This document shows positions 27,945 through 37,331 of a DNA stretch of 64,000 bases, in pieces. This DNA comes from an uncultured Clostridia bacterium (GTDB taxonomy: Bacteria; Bacillota; Clostridia; Christensenellales; CAG-314), in NCBI GenBank assembly GCA_947629985.1, contig CANRFV010000007.1, positions 3,439-67,438 of the forward strand, in the 5' to 3' direction. A program made the translations under genes and the position numbers. The notes beneath the pieces were generated by a model, which was not told the DNA's origin, made no database searches, and was given only the letters and a program-made list of their open reading frames with translations. Each line of letters opens with the position of its first letter. Position 1 is the first letter of the stretch.

Positions 27945-29996
27945 CTACCTTTCCGAATTGGATTTGGGATCGAAAATATCCCGCAATGTATCGCCTATAA
28001 TATTGACGCAAATAGTAGATATTCCCAAGAAAATGGACGGGAATAGCCATTGCCACCAATAGTTTTGTATAACGATACTGTTATTGCTACCGTTGAGCAT
28101 ATTGCCCCAGGTCGGTTGCGGTTGTTGCACGCCGAACCCCAAATAACTAAGGCTCGACTCGGTCAACATACACCCCGCAAAGTCCAACGTAAGACTTACA
28201 AGTATAACGGAAATAACATTAGGCAAAATGTGTTTAAATGCAATTCTGCGTTCTTTTACGCCCATTGCCTTGGCTGCAACAACAAATTCCTTTTCGCGTT
28301 CGGCAAGCACTTGTCCTCTGATCATGTGAGCCAAGCCTGTCCAGGATAACACACCCAAAATGCACATGATAATAAATATGCGCATCGTTTCGTTGTCGTT
28401 GAGAGGCGTGCTTCGTATAACCATAGACAACATCATTGCAAAAGGCAAAAACGGTATTGCCGAGAATATTTCGGATATTCTCATGAGCAACATATCTACC
28501 CAACCGCCAAAGTAGCCCGCCACACATCCTACTATAATGGCGATAATCGTGGAAATAATAACTGCAACCGCGCCGATAGTCATTGTCATAGTACCGCCAT
28601 GAACAATTCGAGCAAACATATCTCTGCCCATGTTATCGGTTCCCATCAAATAGCCTTTTAGTCCGCACGATTTAACAAGTTGCGCCTCGTCGTTTATTGC
28701 ATAGGTTTGCAATGATACTGCGTACACGTCGGAAATGTTTGTAGTGGAATCCAACTGTGTTTGCTTGTAAAAATTGCTGCCCCAGCAGTGCAGTACGCCA
28801 TTCTCCGTTACTGCGGCAAAATGTTTTGTTCCGGCAGAAATCTTTACATATTTATCGCCGTTTTCCAATACGGGAACTTTGTCCTCGTTGTTTTCGAAAA
28901 TGCCGCTCATGTAAACTTGTCCGTCGCTTGTAACAACGCCCAGTGCATAGTTGCTTGCGGCAATGTCAATTGCCTTTTTGCCTTCAAGCGCAGTCAATGT
29001 AAATTGCTGGTTTGATCCGATATTTACTGTGCCATCTTTTAAAAGTGCAATCGCCGCCGAATTGCCCAGCACAATTTTTTCGACATTTGTAAGCTGCGCT
29101 ATTTCGGACAAATTTCGTGTTGTATTTAGATTGCCCCAAGCATATACCGAACCGTCTTTCATAACAATTGCAGTGGTTTGATTGCCGCAAACAAGTTCGC
29201 TTACATTAGATACGTCTATTGTGCCTTCTACCAATTCTTTCGGTTCGGGAAGCACTCCGAGATTTTCTTCGCCGCCGTACTGTCCGCTGTTATTAGAGCC
29301 CCAACCAAAAACTTTTCCGTCGGTGGTAATAGCGATAATATGGTCTACGCCGGCAGCGGCAAATGCCACTTTGTTGCTATCAAATCCTTCTGGTAGTTCT
29401 TTAAGGTTTATTTGCGCCACACGCAACTTTGCGTCTCCCCAAATAAACATTTCGTTGTCATTGCTTACTCCAACGGTAAAACTGCCGAAACTGCTTATTG
29501 AACGAATATTGTTTTTAAGACGGCGAGGTACGCTTCGCATTGAATAATTCGGCGCAACATTTTTTTGTGTGGTGTCGGTTGCATTCAAGTCAATTGAAAT
29601 AAACATCGGTCCCACAAATACAAATAGAAACATCGCAATCAACACTACGAGCGCCGCTACGGCAAGTTTTTTGCGGAAAAAGGCTTTTAACGTCATTTTT
29701 GACGGACTTTCCAATTTTTCCACAGCAAACACATCGTCGTTTACCAACTCTTTGCTTGCTCCCCAAAAAGTTCGTTTTATCCAACGCCACACAGTTTTAA
29801 GTGCTTTTAATACGCCGTGTCCTACAGTTACAAAAAATGCCGTAAATTTGTTTGTAGGTTGCGCTGTTTTTTGATTGGATTCGGTTTGTAAATCGGATTT
29901 TTCCGTAACTTTTTCCGTATTTTCAACTTCTAACATAAGTTGTTCTGTTTCGGGGGCATATTGTTCTTTTTTTGTTGTTTGTTTATTGTTGCTCAT
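27945..29996 (-). CDS. oppC: Oligopeptide ABC permease OppC, copy 2, with inserted RCC1/BLIP-II-like repeats
   Basis: MGTDNMGRD, EFVVAAKAMG, KHILPN; about seven AG..H..A.T.DG.V..WG.N-type repeats in the loop. Confidence 0.9.
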   Translation of the reverse strand: MSNNKQTTKKEQYAPETEQLMLEVENTEKVTEKSDLQTESNQKTAQPTNKFTAFFVTVGHGVLKALKTVWRWIKRTFWGASKELVNDDVFAVEKLESPSKMTLKAFFRKKLAVAALVVLIAMFLFVFVGPMFISIDLNATDTTQKNVAPNYSMRSVPRRLKNNIRSISSFGSFTVGVSNDNEMFIWGDAKLRVAQINLKELPEGFDSNKVAFAAAGVDHIIAITTDGKVFGWGSNNSGQYGGEENLGVLPEPKELVEGTIDVSNVSELVCGNQTTAIVMKDGSVYAWGNLNTTRNLSEIAQLTNVEKIVLGNSAAIALLKDGTVNIGSNQQFTLTALEGKKAIDIAASNYALGVVTSDGQVYMSGIFENNEDKVPVLENGDKYVKISAGTKHFAAVTENGVLHCWGSNFYKQTQLDSTTNISDVYAVSLQTYAINDEAQLVKSCGLKGYLMGTDNMGRDMFARIVHGGTMTMTIGAVAVIISTIIAIIVGCVAGYFGGWVDMLLMRISEIFSAIPFLPFAMMLSMVIRSTPLNDNETMRIFIIMCILGVLSWTGLAHMIRGQVLAEREKEFVVAAKAMGVKERRIAFKHILPNVISVILVSLTLDFAGCMLTESSLSYLGFGVQQPQPTWGNMLNGSNNSIVIQNYWWQWLFPSIFLGISTICVNIIGDTLRDIFDPKSNSER

Positions 29997-30008
29997 AATA
30001 TCCCCCCC

Positions 30009-31034
30009 TTACTTATTAACTCTTATTCGCGGGTCAATAAATCCATATAAGATGTCTATCAAAAGATTGCCAAGCAATCCTATTACAATATAAAACATTT
30101 GTAATGCCAATATAACGTCATTATCTCTATTAGTCAGTGCCTGATAATACACCCTTCCTATTCCGTTGATCGCAAAAAGGTTTTCTACCATTATCGAACC
30201 GGAGAAAATACCCAAAAACCAGCCTACTACAAGCGTAACTATGGGAATAAGAGCATTTCGCCAAGCATGAGAATATATTACAACTTTCTCTTTTACGCCT
30301 TTTGCGCGGGCTGTGCGAATACAGTCCATAGACAGCGCTTCGATCATTGACGCGCGAACATAGCGCGTCATGCCACCGAGACTGCAAAATGTCATTATAA
30401 TCAACGGCAGACAAAAGTGATACATTTCGTCCCAAAAATATGCCCAAGTTCCCGGTTCGAGATTTTTGCCGGGAGTTATCATACCGCTTACGGGGAAAAT
30501 TCTCAATTCGATTGAGAACAGCCACAAAAACAGTATTGCAATAATAAAGGTAGGCAAACTATAGCCTATAATGGTGCCGACCTGTATGCCTATATCTCGT
30601 TTGCTACCCTTTTTTACCGCACAAAATATTCCCAACGGAATGGTAATACCCAATCCGAGAATTGTTGCAAAGATGTTGAGCAAAACCGTGTTTTTCATCG
30701 GGGCTTTTATTACCTCGGAAACGGGCTTGTTATAATAGGTGGACTTTCCCAGTTCGCCCTCTAACAGACCGCGATATGCGCCGTCTGAAAACGGGTATAC
30801 ACCCAACCAACGCAGATATTGCTCGACCAACGTACCGTCTAATCCGTAATACTTTTGCCAATAGGCGTATCTGTCTTCATATTTCAATGTGCCGTGGCTG
30901 TTTTTTACTTCTTCGGTTGCAGTTTGCGCCGCTATGTCTCCCGGCATTAAACTGTAAATAGAGTAAATCATAAAAGACAGTATCAGCATTACAAGTAATA
31001 TGTAGAAAATACGTTTTACTATATATTTTGCCAT
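30009..31034 (-). CDS. oppB: Oligopeptide ABC permease OppB, copy 2
   Basis: TARAKGV, HAWRNALIP, DPRIR. Confidence 0.92.
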   Translation of the reverse strand: MAKYIVKRIFYILLVMLILSFMIYSIYSLMPGDIAAQTATEEVKNSHGTLKYEDRYAYWQKYYGLDGTLVEQYLRWLGVYPFSDGAYRGLLEGELGKSTYYNKPVSEVIKAPMKNTVLLNIFATILGLGITIPLGIFCAVKKGSKRDIGIQVGTIIGYSLPTFIIAILFLWLFSIELRIFPVSGMITPGKNLEPGTWAYFWDEMYHFCLPLIIMTFCSLGGMTRYVRASMIEALSMDCIRTARAKGVKEKVVIYSHAWRNALIPIVTLVVGWFLGIFSGSIMVENLFAINGIGRVYYQALTNRDNDVILALQMFYIVIGLLGNLLIDILYGFIDPRIRVNK

Positions 31035-31091
31035 AAAGTGTTCTCCGCTGTTATGTTGATAAAGTTAACAGTTTGTGTGCTGCTAAAATTA

Positions 31092-31129
31092 GCAATGTAC
31101 GGAGTAACATTGCGCTACTCCGTACTTGC
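31092..31129 (-). promoter_or_regulatory. Intercistronic stem-loop after oppA2
   Basis: GTACGGAGTA...TACTCCGTAC stem. Confidence 0.6.
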
Positions 31130-31159
31130 ATTATATTTTATTACAAATTGTAGCTGTTG

Positions 31160-33412
31160 CTATTTAGTCTGGTAATCCGCCCAGAAATCGGCAGGATCCA
31201 TCAATTGCATATTGTAATCCGCATAGTATTCAGGATTGATACTCCAATTTAACGAGAAGTCGTAAACAGCGCTGGTAAAACCGGTTGCAAAGTTCACAGC
31301 CGATACGTTGGGGTGGTCTCCTCTGCTGTAACCGTACTGTTCCATTTGTTGGTAATCTCCGTACAAAAGGGGATTGAATTCGCCTTCTGTGCAAGTTACA
31401 TACATACCAAGGTCTTTTACCGTTTGCGATTCAGCCCAGCTGGTCTTTAACAAATCCGTAACTTCGTTGGGTTGCGTTCCGCTCCAGTTGATTACCAACG
31501 GAATAAGGTATCTGCTGCTACCGTCTTTGTTTTCCAGACGAACCGTACCGTATTTACCGTCGGTCGACTCGTACTGAATGTTTGCAACGGACAGGTAGTT
31601 ACCGGTAAGTTCTTTGTATCTTACAGTATCTTTGCCGGGACGGAATTCTTGTCCTTTTTCATTGAGCGTCCAACCGTTATCGGTAAGAAGTTTAAGAGCA
31701 GTGTCTTTATTTGCGGTATATTGATTAAGTTTAATTGTGTCTTTGTTTGCTTGGAAAGCGTCCATACCTTCGTAATACGGACCGTGTACAACCGTACCGT
31801 AACCGCCGGTAAATGTTGTCGCAAAGTCATTACGGTTAATAGAGTACATAATCGCCTGACGTACTTCTACAAATTGCGTCGCGCCGTAATCGCATTTGAA
31901 AGCAAGTTTACCGTAGCCCGCGCGGTCATAGTGCGTTTCCTTAAATTGCGGATTGTCGCCTTTGGTAAGTGCCAAAGCCGCTTCGGTATCGGCTGCGCCG
32001 GTTATACCTTCAAGAAGGTTGACTTCGCCGTTTTTAAGCATATCCGTTTGAGTTTCGGAAACTATCTTTACATAGGTTATTTCTGTAATATTGCCTTCTT
32101 TCAACTCGCCGTTATCGTTGAATTTGCGATAATCTTCGGTTACATATTGATCGTTTTTCGCAAGTACAGCGGTATGCGTTCCTTGGTCGTAACTCTTTAC
32201 GACAAACGGTCCGGAGTAAGCGAATTTACTTGCGTCAAGTTCGTGAATATTTTCGTTGATTTTTTTCGCATTTGTATATACTTCCGCACCGGATTCGGTC
32301 GATTTAGCATAAAATTCGTCGCTAAGACCTACAGCCTTTGTTTCGGGGTCTACTTGCAATTCTGTTCCGCAGAGATAAATATCTACGTCAACAGGCGAAA
32401 AACCGGCATATGTTACTGCATAGTAGTAATCGGCATAATCGGGGTTGATAGTAACAGAGAATTTGTATGTATCAAGTTTTTTAATACCGCTAAGCCACTT
32501 GGACGCCGTAACTTTGTTAACGGTTTTGCCGTCATTTGTTCCATCGTATGCGGCAAATGCGGCTGCCCCAGCCAAACTCGGACTTACCGAAGAGTTTCCG
32601 CCTGCGGCACCGTACAGGGGCGATTGACCCACAACGCTTGCTGCGATATAGTTATCTGCGGTAATTTCGCTACCGTCGCTGAGTTTAAGACCCTGCTTTA
32701 TTTCTATCGTATAAGTTAAGAAACCTTTTTCGTCAATAACGCCTTCGTCGTGCGAAGCAACAACGTCATCGTTCCATATATAGGCTCCGCCGCTTGTGGC
32801 AACAACGGTGTCGTATCCGCTTGTAAGGTTGCTTATGGCAAGGTCGCTGGCTCCCGGGCTGGATTTTCCGAATGAAGGCTCACGGAACTCACCGCTAAGG
32901 TCTGTTGTGTTACCGATAATTATTTTACCGTCGGTTGACGTTGCCCCCACAACTGCTTTTGCAGCGTCCCAGAAAGGAGACGTCTGGAATTGTCCGATTT
33001 TAGCGGCATAAATATCAAAGTATTGGTTAGAGTAAAGGGGAATTTCGGGAACCATCTGATTCCAACGCTGAATGTACAATTTCCACCATTCGTTGTAAAC
33101 GTCTTCGCGCGTTTCCCATTTACCGTCTTCGGGGACAGAGCAGTTGTAAACCATTGCCATGGACAAAAAGTCAAGTCCCAAAGTATATGTAATACCATCA
33201 ACAGTTACGGTAGCAACGCCGTTTGCGTCTTCTTTAACTTGGTCGATAGTTACTTTAGAACCGATTTTGTCGTAGACTGACGTAAAATCTGTTCTTTCGT
33301 TAGCATCACCTATCCATTCGGATCTGTTAACATCTTTTTGGCACGCTGTAAGTCCCAGTGTCAAAACAAGTATGACAGCCACAAGACAGGCAATCAGTTT
33401 TGCTTTTTTCAT
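31160..33412 (-). CDS. oppA: Oligopeptide ABC substrate-binding lipoprotein (family 5), copy 2, apparently circularly permuted
   Basis: Lipobox LTAC, LKLSDGSEITADNY, SGPFVV, VRQAIMYSINR. Confidence 0.85.
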   Translation of the reverse strand: MKKAKLIACLVAVILVLTLGLTACQKDVNRSEWIGDANERTDFTSVYDKIGSKVTIDQVKEDANGVATVTVDGITYTLGLDFLSMAMVYNCSVPEDGKWETREDVYNEWWKLYIQRWNQMVPEIPLYSNQYFDIYAAKIGQFQTSPFWDAAKAVVGATSTDGKIIIGNTTDLSGEFREPSFGKSSPGASDLAISNLTSGYDTVVATSGGAYIWNDDVVASHDEGVIDEKGFLTYTIEIKQGLKLSDGSEITADNYIAASVVGQSPLYGAAGGNSSVSPSLAGAAAFAAYDGTNDGKTVNKVTASKWLSGIKKLDTYKFSVTINPDYADYYYAVTYAGFSPVDVDIYLCGTELQVDPETKAVGLSDEFYAKSTESGAEVYTNAKKINENIHELDASKFAYSGPFVVKSYDQGTHTAVLAKNDQYVTEDYRKFNDNGELKEGNITEITYVKIVSETQTDMLKNGEVNLLEGITGAADTEAALALTKGDNPQFKETHYDRAGYGKLAFKCDYGATQFVEVRQAIMYSINRNDFATTFTGGYGTVVHGPYYEGMDAFQANKDTIKLNQYTANKDTALKLLTDNGWTLNEKGQEFRPGKDTVRYKELTGNYLSVANIQYESTDGKYGTVRLENKDGSSRYLIPLVINWSGTQPNEVTDLLKTSWAESQTVKDLGMYVTCTEGEFNPLLYGDYQQMEQYGYSRGDHPNVSAVNFATGFTSAVYDFSLNWSINPEYYADYNMQLMDPADFWADYQTK

Positions 33413-33482
33413 TGTGTTTTTTCCTCCATATAATAGTTTTTATTTATTTGCATCGGGTCCTTCATGCCCGAGTTGCAATCGA
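33405..33482 (-). repeat. Outer inverted repeat, right copy (oppA2 leader/RBS)
   Basis: Reverse complement of 14738-14816. Confidence 0.95.
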
Positions 33483-33860
33483 TTTTGTAACGGTACCCGC
33501 AAGCCGTTCATTTACTCCGCAAGCGTGCGCTGTTGCCGCAAGCGCGTGCGCCGTGGTCGCCAGCCGCAAACATATTTAATAATTGCGTGTATTTGGGTGC
33601 GGCAGGGGTAACCTTTTTATTTAGTCTGCACTTTTCGGGGCGCTTATCAATATGCAGTGGTACCGTTTGGCGCAGTGGAAATAAAAAGGTGTACGCACCA
33701 AGCGCCGTTTTGGGGCAATTTGTTTGCAAAATTTTGCAAAAAGTGTAAAATAAACGCTATACAAAGCGCACGCAGCCGCCGTGCGAGCAATTGACAAAAA
33801 GTTATTTTGCCGCACACGCAGCCGCACGCGCCCATCGAAAAAATTTACGGAGGTACTATT

Positions 33861-34172
33861 ATGGCAGGAAAAGCGGGAATGACGCATTACGACAAAGATT
33901 TCAGAATGACGGTGGTGGACATGCATCTCAACAAGGGGTGGTCGTTACATCAATTGGAAGGAGAGTTCAACATCAACGATACGCAAATAGTAAATTGGTG
34001 CAATTGGTACAAAAAGTACGGCACGCCCTTTCAGCAAACGGGCAAAGTACGCGGCAGACCGCGCAAAAATTATTCCGACCTTGCGGAAAAAGTAAAAAAG
34101 TTGGAAATGGAGGTAACTCTGCTAAAAAAATTAAACGAGTTGCTATTGCACGAAGAAGCCGAAAGTCTGTAA
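33861..34172 (+). CDS. IS3-family transposase OrfA (HTH)
   Basis: GGAGG RBS; YDKDFRMTVV...IVNW...RGRPRK...LEMEVTLLKK. Confidence 0.85.
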   Translation: MAGKAGMTHYDKDFRMTVVDMHLNKGWSLHQLEGEFNINDTQIVNWCNWYKKYGTPFQQTGKVRGRPRKNYSDLAEKVKKLEMEVTLLKKLNELLLHEEAESL

Positions 34173-35059
34173 TATTTCAAACCATACAACTTTTTAGCAA
34201 CTCGTATGCGGTTTCTTCTATGTGTAAATGTATGGAAGTAAGCGTAAGCGGTTATTACAAATACGTAAAGCGCCGCCGTTGTTCGGACGAAACGTTGCGC
34301 GACGCCATTGCCGATGTGCAGCGGTCGTGCGGCAGTACGTACGGATACCGCCGAATGAAAATAGCCATCAGGCGCGAGACGGGACAAAACGTCAATCACA
34401 AACGGCTGTTGCGCGTTATGCGCAAATACAAATTGCAAAGTCGTATTCGCAGACGGTTTGCCTATTCGCGCTCCAAATATTCGTTGCGCAAGTACGACAA
34501 TTTGTACAAGCAAAACTTTACCGCAACCGCAATCAATCAAAAGTGGACAACCGACATCTCGTACGTTCTTACCCCCGAAGGAACGCTTTTTTTGTCTGTA
34601 ATAAAGGACGTTTACGACGGCTTTGTGGTGGGGTACAAGTATTCGCTCACGCAGGACTTGCGCCTTGTGTCCGACACGGTAAAAAACGCGGTAAAAACCG
34701 CCGCCGATCTGTATTGCAACGCCGGTTGCGCCGATATGCCCATCAACGCCGTGTTACATTCCGACCAAGGCTTTCAGTACACGACGCAAAGTTATTGCAA
34801 CCTGCTGAAAAATTGCGGGTTAAAGCCCAGCATGTCCCGCAAGTCCACTCCGCTGGACAACGCTCCCGCCGAAAGTTTCTTTTCCGCGTTCAAGTCGGAG
34901 TGTATATATCTGCATCGACCCAAGTCGCTTGACGACGCCGCCAAAATGACTGACGCGTACATCGAATTTTACAATTACCGCCGCATACGGCTTAAAAACA
35001 ACGGCACTCCTTACGAAATGCGGCTAAACGCAATGCGCGGCGCACAGGGCGGCGCTTGA
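34124..35059 (+). CDS. IS3-family transposase OrfB (rve DDE), reached by -1 frameshift
   Basis: YGYRR, NHKR, WTTDISY, LHSDQGFQY, DNAPAESFF; slippery A_AAA_AAG (34094-34100) and A_AAA_AAA (34124-34130) with GGAGG 10 nt upstream of the latter. Confidence 0.88.
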   Translation, partial: KKIKRVAIARRSRKSVIFQTIQLFSNSYAVSSMCKCMEVSVSGYYKYVKRRRCSDETLRDAIADVQRSCGSTYGYRRMKIAIRRETGQNVNHKRLLRVMRKYKLQSRIRRRFAYSRSKYSLRKYDNLYKQNFTATAINQKWTTDISYVLTPEGTLFLSVIKDVYDGFVVGYKYSLTQDLRLVSDTVKNAVKTAADLYCNAGCADMPINAVLHSDQGFQYTTQSYCNLLKNCGLKPSMSRKSTPLDNAPAESFFSAFKSECIYLHRPKSLDDAAKMTDAYIEFYNYRRIRLKNNGTPYEMRLNAMRGAQGGA

Positions 35060-35131
35060 CGCAAAAAGTCCGCAATCCGCAAATAATTGCAAAAAAACGC
35101 AAAAAATACGCCGCAAACCGCGTAAAAACGT

Positions 35132-35161
35132 TTGACACCCTATTGACTTGTGTGATAAAAT
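35132..35161 (+). promoter_or_regulatory. S10 operon promoter
   Basis: TTGACA-18 bp-TAAAAT with TG extension. Confidence 0.75.
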
Positions 35162-35167
35162 CAAAAG

Positions 35168-35410
35168 GCTGCGAAGTATGGGCTGACGCGTAAGGTTACT
35201 GAGAAAACAGAAAACTTACTGCCGACCGAGCAACGCCGAGAGCGTTGCGACCGAACGATCTTTTAAGCAGTATCAGGCGTTAAGTGGCTGCAAAGTCAAA
35301 CTGACGCAGATATTTTGACGGCAAATTCAATTTGCTTTATTAAAAGCCGCAGCAGGAAACACACGGAAGTGTTGTTCCCACAAAGTTCGGACAATAAAAC
35401 ATTATAAAAG
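35168..35410 (+). ncRNA. Putative structured S10 ribosomal-protein leader
   Basis: ~250-nt leader with hairpins (GCAACGC-CGAGA-GCGTTGC; GGAAACAC...GTGTTGTTCC); position typical of r-protein leaders. Confidence 0.4.
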
Positions 35411-35421
35411 GAGTATCTTAC

Positions 35422-35730
35422 ATGGCTAACCAAAGAATCAGAATCAGATTGAAGTCCTACGACCACAACTTAGTTGACCTTGCGTGTTCCAAGATAGTGG
35501 AAGCGGCTCAAAAGATGGGCAGCAAGGTGTCGGGACCTATCCCCCTTCCCACCGAGAAGGAAATTGTAACCGTTTTGCGCGCAACGCACATATGTAAGGA
35601 CGCGCGCGAACAATTCGAACTAAGAACATACAAACGTTTGATAGACATTTACAGCCCCAACGCCAAGACCGTTGACAGTCTTACCAAGTTGGACTTGCCC
35701 GCGGGCATCGATGTCAAAATCAAACTGTAA
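35422..35730 (+). CDS. rpsJ: 30S ribosomal protein S10
   Basis: [11 protein letters not shown]...GPIPLPT. Confidence 0.98.
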   Translation: MANQRIRIRLKSYDHNLVDLACSKIVEAAQKMGSKVSGPIPLPTEKEIVTVLRATHICKDAREQFELRTYKRLIDIYSPNAKTVDSLTKLDLPAGIDVKIKL

Positions 35731-35755
35731 CAATAAACGGAGGTGAACTTTATCT

Positions 35756-36382
35756 ATGAATAAAGCAATCATTGGTAAAAAGTTGGGTATGTCGCAAGTA
35801 TTTCAACCCGACGGCACGATGGTACCCGTAACGGTAATACAGGCGGGTCCGTGCACAGTAACACAAAAGAAAACGGTAGAGCGCGACGGCTACGAAGCGA
35901 TCCAATTGGGTTACGAAGAAGTTCCGGAAAGAAAACTGAACAAACCGCAACTCGGGCATCTTAAACCAAGCGGCGCAACGGTAAAACATCTGCACGAGTT
36001 CAAACTTGATAATTGTCAATTGAAAGTGGGCGCACGGGTAGAATGCGACGTGTTTGCCGCGGGCGATTACGTAGACGTAACCGGCATAACCAAGGGACAC
36101 GGATTTACCGGCGTAATAAAGCGTTGGAATCAACACAGATTGAAGGAAACCCATGGTGTGGGTCCCGTTCACAGAGAAGTAGGTTCCATGGGTCCGATAA
36201 GCAGTCCTTCGCGCGTAATGCCCGGCAAAAACCTTCCCGGACACTACGGTGTGGAACAAGTAACCGTATTAAATCTTTCTGTTGTAAAAGTCGACAAAGA
36301 ATTGGGCGTTATCCTTGTAAAAGGCGCTGTGCCCGGTGCAAAGAACAGTATAGTTTACGTGCGTAACGCCGTAAAGAAATAG
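35756..36382 (+). CDS. rplC: 50S ribosomal protein L3
   Basis: GKKLGMSQVF, KGHGFTGVIKR. Confidence 0.98.
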   Translation: MNKAIIGKKLGMSQVFQPDGTMVPVTVIQAGPCTVTQKKTVERDGYEAIQLGYEEVPERKLNKPQLGHLKPSGATVKHLHEFKLDNCQLKVGARVECDVFAAGDYVDVTGITKGHGFTGVIKRWNQHRLKETHGVGPVHREVGSMGPISSPSRVMPGKNLPGHYGVEQVTVLNLSVVKVDKELGVILVKGAVPGAKNSIVYVRNAVKK

Positions 36383-36402
36383 GTGATTAGGAGATTACAA
36401 CT

Positions 36403-37026
36403 ATGCAAGTAAAAGTTTTCAATACTAAGGCAAGTGAAGTCGGAACACTCGAACTGAACGACGCCGTATTCGCTTGTGAGTACAACGAACCCCTTATTCA
36501 CCAAGCGGTAGTAACATATCTGGCAAATCAACGGCAGGGCACCAAGTCTGCGCTTACCCGTACGGAAGTTCGCGGCGGCGGCGTAAAGCCTTGGCGTCAA
36601 AAGGGTACCGGTCGCGCAAGACAAGGCTCCATTCGCGCTCCGCAATGGACAAAGGGCGGCGTTGTATTCGCACCCAAACCGAGAGATTTCTCCAAAAAAT
36701 TAAACAAAAAGATGCGCGCGCAATCTTTCCGCAGTGCAATCAGTTACAAAATTGCCCACAACGAACTTATTGTTGTAGACGAAATAAAACTCGACGCACC
36801 CAAGACCAAACTTGTTGCCGAAATACTCGCCAACTTCAAGTTGGACAAGCGCACGTTGCTGCTTGTTTCGGGCGACAGCGCAGATATTTTGAGAGCAGGT
36901 TCCAATATCCCCACGCTTACGATAGCGGACGCAAGTCTTGCAAACGTATATCAACTTGTTTCCAACGTTGCCGTAATTGCAACCAAGGACGCAATAAAGC
37001 AAATTGAGGAGGCTTATTCGTTATGA
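36403..37026 (+). CDS. rplD: 50S ribosomal protein L4
   Basis: KPWRQKGTGRARQGS. Confidence 0.98.
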   Translation: MQVKVFNTKASEVGTLELNDAVFACEYNEPLIHQAVVTYLANQRQGTKSALTRTEVRGGGVKPWRQKGTGRARQGSIRAPQWTKGGVVFAPKPRDFSKKLNKKMRAQSFRSAISYKIAHNELIVVDEIKLDAPKTKLVAEILANFKLDKRTLLLVSGDSADILRAGSNIPTLTIADASLANVYQLVSNVAVIATKDAIKQIEEAYSL

Positions 37027-37313
37027 GTTCCTACGATATTATCAAACGTCCCGTGCTGACGGAAAAAAGTTATGCCGGTATCCCCGCCAAAACGTACACT
37101 TTCGAAGTGGTAAAAAGCGCCAACAAAGTGCAAATAAAAAGAGCGGTTGAAGAAATTTTCGGCGTAAAAGTAAAAGAAGTAACAACCTCTACCGTAAAGG
37201 GTAAGCAAAGACGACAGGGAAGAACGCAAGGTTACACCCCCGATTGGAAAAAGGCAACCGTTCGCCTTACTTCCGACAGCAAGGCAATCGAGTTCTTTGA
37301 AAGTTTGTCCTAA
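37023..37313 (+). CDS. rplW: 50S ribosomal protein L23
   Basis: PVLTEKS, WKKATVRL. Confidence 0.98.
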   Translation: MSSYDIIKRPVLTEKSYAGIPAKTYTFEVVKSANKVQIKRAVEEIFGVKVKEVTTSTVKGKQRRQGRTQGYTPDWKKATVRLTSDSKAIEFFESLS

Positions 37314-37331
37314 TAGGGAGGAATAAGAACA

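Larger units (their letters stand above)
33861..35059 (+). mobile_element. IS3-family (IS150-like) element; terminal inverted repeats not found
   Basis: orfA/orfB in -1 relationship with an intact DDE triad; ends undefined. Confidence 0.7.

Noticed and set aside
33791-34123. N-terminal part of the 422-aa ORF as a single transposase
   Set aside because: It overlaps orfA in the -1 frame; OrfB is more plausibly entered by frameshift.
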